Positions 1-8,053 of a DNA stretch of 64,000 bases are shown here, one piece after another. A program made the position numbers and the translations under genes. The stretch is from an uncultured delta proteobacterium (GTDB lineage: Bacteria > Desulfobacterota > Syntrophobacteria > BM002). The notes beneath the pieces were generated by a model. That model had not been told where the DNA came from and made no database searches. It saw only the letters and a list, made by a program, of their open reading frames with translations. Location of the stretch: positions 32,001 to 96,000 of the forward strand of contig CAVQGX010000033.1 in assembly GCA_963712115.1 (NCBI GenBank), written 5' to 3'. The stretch's first letter is position 1. Each line of letters opens with the position of its first letter.

Positions 1-423
1 AATGGAAAGAATTAAAGGAGTCAGGGTCAGCAGACAGCAGGCAACTGGCAGCTAGCGATTCAGACTAGTTCATTCGTTAAAAGCGTTAGAACCGTTGAAG
101 TCACCTGCCGGCCATCGCGAGCCCCATCGGCATGCGAGGCTTCAGCTGTCAGCCGAGGCAGGACGACCACTCAGGCCGAAGCCGGGCGGGCTGAAACCGT
201 TAAGTCGCTAGACTCTACTTGCGATTCGATGGCTCTATGCTCTTACACGCAAGGACGACGGAGCGAACTGACAATTTCGGCGAAGCCACCTGACGTGTAG
301 TTGAATCAGACAACTAGTTGGTACCTCGCTGCCCCTAATGGTTAGTTGAAACCGCTGCCCGCCTTGTTCTGTGGAGAAAAAGACTAGTCAAAAAGTTTTT
401 TTTGAGCTAGCATTAGTAGCTGA

Positions 424-510
424 CGGTTCTCGGGTTGATGGGAACCCCCCTGGAACTCTCAAGAGGTCCCGGTGATAGACAAAAAGTTCGCGAAATATCA
501 ATTAGAACCG
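424..510 (+). promoter_or_regulatory. Candidate structured 5' leader upstream of greA-like gene
   Basis: Nested pairings CGGTTCT(424-430)/AGAACCG(504-510), GGTTGAT/ATCAATT, GAAC/GTTC and an inner hairpin; ends 28 nt before the ATG. Confidence 0.4.
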
Positions 511-538
511 CGCCCTAAACGGTTGAAAAAATTGGACT

Positions 539-1012
539 ATGGAAAAGCGGCCGATTACAAGGAATGGTTATGAAAGGCTTCGTGCAGAGCTCTCTTTCCT
601 CTGCCGCTTTGTCCGTCCCCAAGTCATAGAAGAACTTTGTAATGCCCGGGCCTACGGCTACAAAGCCAACAACCTGCAGTATTTTGCCGCTCGCGAGCGG
701 CAGGCCTTTTTGGAGTGGAGAATAGACGATCTCCGCCGCAAGATCTCCCTTTCAGAAATCGTGGTAGGACAACAACTAATCTCCTCCATTGCCTGTTTCG
801 GGGCTACAGTAGAGGTGGAGGATATAGATAATGGCGAACGGGCAACTTATCAGCTAGTAGGCCCCTTCGAAGCTGATGCCATGAACGGTCTGATTTCTAT
901 TGACTCCCCCATGGGGCGCACCCTTTTAGGCCGAGGGGTGGGAGATGAAGTCATTGTCTACGCTCCAGGAGGCGTCCGTGCCTACCGCATTCTTTTTGTT
1001 GTCTCCACCTAA
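539..1012 (+). CDS. GreA/GreB-family transcription factor paralog with atypical coiled-coil tip
   Basis: ITRNGYERLRAEL..RPQVIEEL N-terminus and FGATVEV..YQLVGPFEAD..ISIDSPMGRTLLGR C-terminal domain; GDLSENAEY replaced by GYKANNLQY. Confidence 0.85.
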   Translation: MEKRPITRNGYERLRAELSFLCRFVRPQVIEELCNARAYGYKANNLQYFAARERQAFLEWRIDDLRRKISLSEIVVGQQLISSIACFGATVEVEDIDNGERATYQLVGPFEADAMNGLISIDSPMGRTLLGRGVGDEVIVYAPGGVRAYRILFVVST

Positions 1013-1094
1013 GCCCTCCAGCTTCCACCACCTTGCTTCGTTACAGTCTATGTCAAGTTATCGCTAGGAGCTCGCCCCTCATCGACCATCCTGG

Positions 1095-1309
1095 AAATCC
1101 GAAATCCCAAGCACCAAATCCTAAACAAATTCAAATTTTCTAAATTCAAAATTCAAAACAGCATAACCCGTTTTCTTGGACCAAGTCACTGAAGGAATGT
1201 TTTGTTTTGGTATTTGAAAATTGGGATTTCGATATTGTTTCGAAACCGGGAACCCGCCCCGCAGGGGTGGGAGTCCGAAGGACAATTTCGATATTAGATA
1301 TTCGGATTT
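1095..1309. repeat. Intergenic imperfect inverted repeat of AAATCC/AAATTC-type short units; related copies at 14854-14980, 16020-16181, 43335-43490, 55402-55527
   Basis: Left arm gaaatccgaaatcccaagcaccaaatcctaaacaaattcaaa, right arm tttgaaaattgggatttcgatattgtttcg...ttcggattt; same layout recurs at the listed sites. Confidence 0.8.
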
Positions 1310-1365
1310 AAGATGCCGCAACTGGAACCACCAGCAATAAAGATTAACTATCCAATCACCACTCC

Positions 1366-2820
1366 CTAACCTTTGATAACCCCCATAGGTCGTAAGCGCA
1401 CCACTTTCCTGCTGATCCCAGCCCCGTACACAACTTCAACCACCTGACTCACATCCTTGTAAGCCTCGGGGATCTCTTCCCTGACTGTTGCCTTCCCAGC
1501 GCTGCGGATTATAATTCCCTGATCCTCCAATTCCCGGACTATAGCCCTGCCTTGTGACACCTTCATTGCTTGCTTGCGACTCATAACCCTGCCAGCCCCG
1601 TGGCAGGTACTGCCATAGGTCTCTGCCATGGCCTGCTCCGTACCCACAAGTACATAGGAGTAACGTCCCATGTCTCCGGGGATGAGAACTGGCTGGCCAA
1701 CCTCTTTGTAATCATCAGGTATGTCCGGGTGATGGGGCGGAAAGGCTCGGGTGGCACCTTTCCTGTGGACACACACTTTCATTTCCTTGCCCGCCACTTT
1801 ATGGGTTTCGATCTTGGCGATGTTGTGGCAGACGTCATAGATAAGCCTGAGCCCCAGACGGTCGGAGCTCACTTGAAATACCTGCTCGAAGGTTTCTCGC
1901 ACCCAATGGTAGATTATCTGTCGATTAGCAAAAGCGTAGTTGGCGGCACCTGCCATGGCTGCTAGGTACTGCTTCCCTTCCTTTGAGCTCAATGGGGCGC
2001 AACACAGCTGGCGATCCGGTAGCTCGATGCCATATTTCTGGGTGGACTTCATCAGTATCTTGATATAGTCATCGCAAACTTGGTGTCCCAGCCCCCGTGA
2101 GCCGGTGTGTACGATAATCGTCACCTGATCTTTGAACAAGCCCAGGGCTCTGGCCGCATTCTCATCGTAGACTTCATCAACGTAACCAACTTCTACAAAA
2201 TGGTTGCCTGAACCAAGCGTACCTAACTGGGGCCTGCCTCTTTCAAGGGCCCTATTGGAGATCAGGCTGGGGTCCGCACCCTCTATGCAACCCCGCTCCT
2301 CAATAAATTTCAGATCCTCCTCATAGCCGAAACCCTGTTTAACTGCCCATCCGGCACCTTTGGCCAGCACCTTTTCCAGCTCTTTGTGGCTGAGTCTTAG
2401 ATCCTTTCGTTTGGAACCGACGCCTGAGGGAATGTTGCCAAAAAGTCCATCTACTAACTTCCTTATGTGTCCCGTTACTTCCTTGCGCTCCAGACCGGAA
2501 CGCACCAGTCGCACCCCTCAGTTAATGTCGTAGCCTACCCCTCCTGGGGAGACCACTCCTTGGTCCAGAGAAAATGCTGCCACTCCCCCTATGGGAAAGC
2601 CGTAGCCCCAATGGATGTCAGGCATGGCCAGTGAGTTACCCACGATCCCAGGTAGCCAGGCAACGTTGGCCACTTGCAGCAGACTCTTGTCCTTGCGGAT
2701 ATCGGCCATCATGGCCTCATTGGCGTAAACGATGCCGTCGGTGCGCATCTTTCCTTCTTTGACCACCCGCCAACGATATTCGTCGATTTTTTGCACCTTG
2801 ATGGAATCTCCTTTTTCCAC
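1366..2820 (-). CDS. rtcB: RtcB RNA-splicing/repair ligase, 484 aa, with in-frame TGA (2518-2520) at the catalytic Cys; probable selenocysteine
   Basis: ORFs 2518-2847 and 1366-2514 are in one frame, separated only by TGA-GGG. Motifs [56 protein letters not shown] start at 2820 with GGAGG RBS. Confidence 0.93.
2484..2504 (-). promoter_or_regulatory. Bacterial SECIS-like hairpin in rtcB
   Basis: mRNA UGCGUUCC-GGUCU-GGAGCGCA (8-bp stem); loop starts 21 nt after the UGA. Confidence 0.75.
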
Positions 2821-2858
2821 GACAAAACCTCCTATATCCAGTATCAAGAAACCAGAAT

Positions 2859-3287
2859 CTAGATATCAAATATAACCTGGGCTTGCCATCCCTGGTCTCT
2901 TTTAGCGACCTCTAGTTGATGATAGGTCACTGCTTTTATTTCTGTTTTCATCGTATGGATGTTTGGGTCAAAAACATCGCCCCAGGCAGTGGCCTCCAAT
3001 GAAAGGCCATGTATTTTGACCTGGAAGCGGGCAAAAACAAGGTCTTCCGTATCCAGTAGATAAAGGAGTTCCTGCAGCCAGCTCACCAGCAGGGTCTCCA
3101 CATCATCCTCCTCAAGTTTGAATCTCCGCTCCACCGGGCAATCAACTGAATCAACGCTGGTAACCAGCTCGGTAAAGGCTAATCCGGCGGTCTCAAAGAG
3201 ATCTTCAAGAGTCGGGGCCTCCACCCTGACGCCGGCGTCTGCCGTGTGGTCTATGAATTCAAAGGATCCCCTGGTGTGTTCGCTCAT
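2859..3287 (-). CDS. Archease (RtcB activator)
   Basis: [17 protein letters not shown] and C-terminal VIFDI motifs; directly upstream of rtcB. Confidence 0.95.
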   Translation of the reverse strand: MSEHTRGSFEFIDHTADAGVRVEAPTLEDLFETAGLAFTELVTSVDSVDCPVERRFKLEEDDVETLLVSWLQELLYLLDTEDLVFARFQVKIHGLSLEATAWGDVFDPNIHTMKTEIKAVTYHQLEVAKRDQGWQAQVIFDI

Positions 3288-3369
3288 GGTTTCTCAACTC
3301 ACCTTGCAAAGGATAAGCTTACGGCTTATGTGGTGGTCTCTGTTGCTCCCAAAGCTCATAGGCCATTTT

Positions 3370-3640
3370 AGGTTCATCCGGGATTTGCTTGGATGCCATG
3401 ATGTTCGAGGTAGATGAGGCAGGGGGAATTCCTCGACAAAGATGCATATTCGCATCTATGGGATTTCGGCTTGTGGTCCTTCAAAAGGGCTACCGCCGAC
3501 GCAGACGAGGGGTATTCCAGGCTGCCAGAGCAAAACACCGGTGGCTCAGATGCACTTTGACTCGGACCTCCCCCTGTCCGAGGGTAGCCGCAGTATCAAT
3601 GGCTGAAAGATGACCATGCAAGCAAATCCCGGATGAACCT
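3370..3640. mobile_element. MITE-like element, 271 bp, 22-bp perfect TIR, 6-bp TSD
   Basis: AGGTTCATCCGGGATTTGCTTG ... CAAGCAAATCCCGGATGAACCT, flanked on both sides by CATTTT (3364-3369, 3641-3646). Confidence 0.85.
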
Positions 3641-3650
3641 CATTTTATTT

Positions 3651-3659
3651 AGTATAGCA
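3651..3659 (-). promoter_or_regulatory. Possible extended -10 promoter for archease-rtcB
   Basis: TGCTATACT on the minus strand just outside the MITE. Confidence 0.4.
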
Positions 3660-3923
3660 TGCTCATCGGGAAGGTTACACTTTAGATAGTGTCCATCCGG
3701 AAATCCCCCCTCCACTTTTGCTTTAAGCTCGGTCAAGGTGGCGCTAAACAGACAATAAATGATCTGGACTTGGGCTGCCAGGTCGGATAAAATGTTTGCA
3801 TTTTGTTTTAATGCTTAATCTGAAGAGTTAAAAGCAACATGATTGCGGGTATTGGTAGATTTAATATCGAGGTTGGATCGTAGTCTCAGTGATTTCAAAC
3901 CAAAAAGAACAAAGGAGAGAGTG

Positions 3924-4751
3924 ATGAGAAATCGTTTTTTTATGTTAATTATTCTCTTAGGGATTCTGACGATGACTGTTGGTTTACCGAACTATATCTC
4001 AGCCCAAGGCATAGACTTGGAGGCGGAACATCCCAAAGAGGTCGCAGTCGAAGGTGAGACCGCTACCTCGTTAGGACTTGGTTTCGGGATCGTACCGGAT
4101 TACGAAGGATCAGAGGATTACACAGTGGTCCCCCTACCCTATCTCTCCGTGAAATTTGCCAATAACATGTCTATCCTGTGGGTTGCCAATAAGGCGAGAG
4201 CCAACCTGGTTCCAAGTGGCAACTGGATGGCGGGGCCTATTGTGGAGTATATCAGCTCGAGAGCTGATGTGGACAATAACAAGGTGGACAGGATGAAGAA
4301 TGTCGACGCTTCATTGATGCTCGGCGGCTTTGTTGGTTACAGAATTGATCGATTCAGCTTCACGCTCGAAGCGATGCAAGATGTTGCCGACGGAAATGAG
4401 GGGGTCATTGCAAGGTTGAAGGGGTCATACCACATGCCGATCGACGAAGAGTGGAGTGCGCTTTTCGTCGTGTACACGACATGGGCGGACAACGATTACA
4501 TGGAGGCGTATTTCGGGGTCGATCAAGCAGACTCGGCAAGAAGCGGGTTAAAGACATATGACGCCGACTCGGGGTTCAAGGACGTGGGGTTTGTCGTGCC
4601 GGTGACCTATAGTCCGTTTGAGCATTGGAGCTTCATGGGCGCTCTGGGTTATAAACGGCTTGTTGGGGATGCGGAGGACAGCCCGGTGGTGGATGACGCG
4701 GGTAATGCAAATCAATTCGTGGCGGGCGCGTTTGCTATCTACAAGTTCTAG
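3924..4751 (+). CDS. MipA/OmpV-family outer-membrane protein
   Basis: Signal peptide, PDYEGSEDY, YMEAYFGV, DAEDSPVV motifs, terminal YKF; ATG 3924 with AGGAG RBS. Confidence 0.85.
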   Translation: MRNRFFMLIILLGILTMTVGLPNYISAQGIDLEAEHPKEVAVEGETATSLGLGFGIVPDYEGSEDYTVVPLPYLSVKFANNMSILWVANKARANLVPSGNWMAGPIVEYISSRADVDNNKVDRMKNVDASLMLGGFVGYRIDRFSFTLEAMQDVADGNEGVIARLKGSYHMPIDEEWSALFVVYTTWADNDYMEAYFGVDQADSARSGLKTYDADSGFKDVGFVVPVTYSPFEHWSFMGALGYKRLVGDAEDSPVVDDAGNANQFVAGAFAIYKF

Positions 4752-4919
4752 GGCATATTTCCCGCTTAGTATCTGGCTGCAAGCGGCATACTCATGAATT
4801 TATAACTTTTGTGGCTCGACTGATAATAACCCTCTTTCGATTAGGAGAAAGTACAGGATAAGAGGGTCTTGTGTGTCAAGCATCGAGAACGGCACATTAT
4901 AGGCTTCCCAGCAAGTAGA

Positions 4920-5564
4920 TCAACAGGAGATGTTCTTGATATAGCCTTCAACTACCTGCTTCGGATCAAGCTGCAGTGCTTCAGCGTAGGACTTGAGAAA
5001 GCTTATCAGATAAATCTTAGGCGGAAGATTGACCACATCGTCTTTTTCAATGGCGGCCAAAGCGGTGGGACTGATCTTGGTGGCCTCAAAAATCTCTTCT
5101 AACTCTATGCCCAGTGATTCACGTAAGTTTCTCAGATCTTTTCCGGAAATGTGATCACGCTTCAACATGGTGGTCACAAGATCTCCTGCTTTCTTTTCCT
5201 GAATCTTTTTCTTTATTCTTGCCAAGCTATTGTTATTTGCCCGAGCTTTACTTGTTAGGTAAATGGGTATTGCCTTCTTTTTCTCTCTGTCTGTCAATAT
5301 TTTGTCAGATGCTTCTCCTGTATTTACCAGATTATTGTCGTAAACCTTTCTCTTGTTATCGTCTATCAAAGTCAAAAAGGCATCTTCAATCTTTGACAAT
5401 ATCAGTTTTCGTTCATCTTCCGCAAAGAATGAATAGGTCGCCAACGAATTCTCTTCATAAATGGCCAGAATATGTTTGTACGCCTGCCTGATCTCAAAAG
5501 AAGATGCATTATAGGAAATCCTTAACAGTTCATAATAATTTAAATCTTCAAATTTTTTAATCAT
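4920..5564 (-). CDS. J-domain-like + XRE/RodZ-type HTH protein
   Basis: NYYELLRISYNASSFEIRQAY (no HPD) plus LRNLRESLGIELEEIFEATKISPTALAAIE...YLISFLKSYA. Confidence 0.75.
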   Translation of the reverse strand: MIKKFEDLNYYELLRISYNASSFEIRQAYKHILAIYEENSLATYSFFAEDERKLILSKIEDAFLTLIDDNKRKVYDNNLVNTGEASDKILTDREKKKAIPIYLTSKARANNNSLARIKKKIQEKKAGDLVTTMLKRDHISGKDLRNLRESLGIELEEIFEATKISPTALAAIEKDDVVNLPPKIYLISFLKSYAEALQLDPKQVVEGYIKNISC

Positions 5565-6484
5565 CTTTGAACTCTAACTCGAACAGACTCTTGTTTTTCT
5601 CCTGTGAGATTGCTAACCATGCTTTGCAGGTCAGAAACAGTTTTTGTATAGGGATATTTACTTATGAATATATTTCTGGCAATTATCGATTCATAAACTC
5701 GGTTGTCGTAGCTGATATTACCTAAGAAACCAAAACTAGGATAGAGATGTCTGTTGCATACCTCCACGAGTTGCTCTCCCAGGTTTTCATTAACCTGTCC
5801 ACGAAATTTATTAAGAATTAGTCTAAACTCCAAATTGCTCAGCAGATCTTCAAAGATTCTGCCCTTCTCGGGATCCCTGGCAATGAGAATGCTGATTAAA
5901 TCGAGGGGAGATTTGAGTGAACCTCTTGATAATTTTGCAATTTCCTCTTGGCAAGTGTGCCACATGTTGGCTTCTTTTAATGAAAGTTTCAACTTCCTCA
6001 AATAAACAGACTTCATGAAAATAAAGGTGTTTTCAATCGCTGTCGGTTCCGGAGTGGTTACAAAGAACCCTTCCGGAGCAATCAGAAAAAAGTCGAGGGT
6101 ATTGAAGTTTGTTCCCGGCCCTAAATCCAGAAGAATATAGTCAAAAGGCAAGCTCTTAATAGCATTGATTATCTTGAGTTTTTGAGCATAAAACAGATTG
6201 GCTATCTCCAAAGAGCATCTTGTTGAACTGATAAGGTAGAGGTTGGGTATAGTTGTAGTAAGTGCGACTTCTTCTAATTTGCTGGCGGTCTTGTCTATGT
6301 AACTGTCGAGACCCTTCTCCGGTATTCTCTCGCCTAGAAGGGTGTGAAGGTTGGAGGCGCCCAAATCTAGATCCACAAGTACCACTCTCTTGCCAAGCTT
6401 TGCCAGCAATATACCAAGGCTTGCTGCAATGAAGCTCTTTCCCGATCCCCCTTTTCCTCCGCCAATGGAATATATGCGCCGCAT
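5561..6484 (-). CDS. MinD/FlhG-like P-loop ATPase
   Basis: Deviant Walker A GGKGGSGKS, DLDLGASNL, LLDLGPG, TTPEPTAIEN. Confidence 0.85.
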   Translation of the reverse strand: MRRIYSIGGGKGGSGKSFIAASLGILLAKLGKRVVLVDLDLGASNLHTLLGERIPEKGLDSYIDKTASKLEEVALTTTIPNLYLISSTRCSLEIANLFYAQKLKIINAIKSLPFDYILLDLGPGTNFNTLDFFLIAPEGFFVTTPEPTAIENTFIFMKSVYLRKLKLSLKEANMWHTCQEEIAKLSRGSLKSPLDLISILIARDPEKGRIFEDLLSNLEFRLILNKFRGQVNENLGEQLVEVCNRHLYPSFGFLGNISYDNRVYESIIARNIFISKYPYTKTVSDLQSMVSNLTGEKQESVRVRVQR

Positions 6485-6550
6485 TTTTCTACCTTCGATC
6501 AGTAAACTGAGTTGTTGCCGGTCAAAAGACAGAACACCTTGGTTCAAGTA

Positions 6551-6566
6551 AGCAAATATTAGGCCA
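6551..6566 (-). promoter_or_regulatory. Sigma-54 -24/-12 promoter
   Basis: TGGCCTAATATTTGCT (GG-N10-GC) ~67 nt upstream of the ATPase ATG. Confidence 0.6.
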
Positions 6567-6706
6567 GCTGAGACTTAATCCCTCATCGCCTAGGGGCTGG
6601 GTATTTTCGCTACTCATGCCCTTTTGCCGTGCTCTGTTTTATGTTTTATTTTGTATACATTAGCGTCTTTCATGACACTTGCAGGGAGGAGTTCGGAAAA
6701 AGAATG

Positions 6707-6875
6707 AGAGGACAGAGGACAGACGACAGATGGTTCAAAGTACTGAATATCCGCCCGCTTCGCCTGAGCGGCTCGCGATGGCGGGCAGGTCGAACAGCAG
6801 AACAAGAAACCGCAGAATGATGAAGTGATCACTTCGATATTCGAAATTCCTTGTTCGACATTCTGCGGTTCAAAG
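6707..6875. repeat. Composite intergenic repeat carrying a 40-nt insert; near-identical uninterrupted inverted copy at 33314-33448
   Basis: Direct comparison of the two copies; insert at 6751-6790. Confidence 0.85.
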
Positions 6876-6915
6876 CCTGCGGCACAAATCCCAAATCTCA
6901 AGCACCAAAGTTCAA

Positions 6916-6995
6916 GGTGTCAGGTTTCGGGTGTCAGGTGTCAGTGAAGAGAAACACAAAAGCTGAAACCTGAACACTGAAACCTTAAACCTGAA
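6916..6995. repeat. GGTGTCA/TGAAACC heptamer inverted repeat; second copy at 21463-21529
   Basis: ggtgtcaggtttcgggtgtcaggtg ... tgaaacctgaacactgaaacct at both sites. Confidence 0.8.
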
Positions 6996-7075
6996 TTCTG
7001 GATTCTGACTCCTGGCTTCTTACTCTATGCTCCATGCCCCATGCTCTATGCCTTCCCAAATCTTCAATCTTTTTC

Positions 7076-7603
7076 TCAGTCCAGATTCGCCAGGGCTAAC
7101 TGGTAGCGCCGCATAGCCGCATCCTGGTGGATGGAAAATATTAGCGTTGTTGGTGGAGAACTGCCCGCAGCTTCTAACTTTGTCACTTGATCACACAGGC
7201 AGGACATAACTCGATATGCAGATATACAAGGCTCCAATAGCTCAAAACGATCCAGTCCCAGACAATTAACCTTGAGAGAAGCTACCTGCCAAATCAACTG
7301 ACGCAAGGTTTCCTCTACCGTCTCAGCCCGGCAATGTGGCTGCTTGTCGAAATCTAAAAGCACCAGCCGGTAAAGCCAGGTTGCAATCAGACCCTTGGCT
7401 TGGGCAGGAATGATCTCCCCCAGAGGTCGCGGTAGGGTGGCCTCGGCCCGGGCGATCAGCTCACCCATGGTGGTCTGTTGTTCTTCCAAAACAGCGTACG
7501 GATCAACGATCAGGTTCTTGTCTTCTGGGTAGGCGAGTGCATTAACCTCCAGGAGTGCGCCCTCTTTATCGGTAAGAATGACCTCTGGCCGTTTACTTGC
7601 CAA
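7076..7603 (-). CDS. Hypothetical protein
   Basis: 175-aa ORF, GAGGAG RBS before TTG; no family recognised. Confidence 0.6.
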   Translation of the reverse strand: MASKRPEVILTDKEGALLEVNALAYPEDKNLIVDPYAVLEEQQTTMGELIARAEATLPRPLGEIIPAQAKGLIATWLYRLVLLDFDKQPHCRAETVEETLRQLIWQVASLKVNCLGLDRFELLEPCISAYRVMSCLCDQVTKLEAAGSSPPTTLIFSIHQDAAMRRYQLALANLD

Positions 7604-8053
7604 TCGCTCCTCTTTCGGGCAGAATTTTTACTCAGCCGGCTCAATGAAAACACGCCCCAGCAACCAAACTTCGCAACTGGTTATCACAAAACTACTGTAC
7701 TGACAATGGTGGCTTAGTCCCAAGGGGACGACGCAAGGCTTAAGGCTCAGGGCCTGTGTTAGCTAGCAGCAGACAACTGGCAGCTGGCAGAGCAATTTAG
7801 TTCAAAGTTCCATGTTCAAGGTTCCAAGTTTTCTGACTGATCTCAGACGCATTTCGAACTTGAAACTTTGAACTTGCTGAACATAACTCTATGCTCCATG
7901 CCCTATGCTCTATGCTATCTGAGCTGGCTCACAGGACCAGGTCTTACGGGCCCAGTAAATTGCCGCTTGTTTTTTGAGCGGGCTGGGATTAAGGTATCAG
8001 GAGAGCCAGTCATTATTACAACCATTGACCAGATCAACAGATAGGAGGGATTC

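Noticed and set aside
424-510. SRP RNA, 6S RNA or a known riboswitch
   Set aside because: Lacks the SRP domain IV motif, is too short for 6S, and shows no riboswitch consensus I recognise
1121-1321. Short ORFs over intergenic repeats (also 6614-6901, 10521-10706, 33467-33769, 45827-46012)
   Set aside because: They are translations of hairpin repeats with no protein-like features
2518-2520. Genome-wide UGA reassignment (code 4 or 25)
   Set aside because: argJ, rpsB, pyrH and coaD end at TGA at their expected lengths
1366-2847. rtcB as a nonsense pseudogene or two separate genes
   Set aside because: The only stop falls on the invariant Cys codon, the rest is intact and a SECIS-like hairpin follows; recoding fits better, though it is unproven
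3389-3613. 74-aa ORF inside the MITE
   Set aside because: No transposase motifs or convincing start
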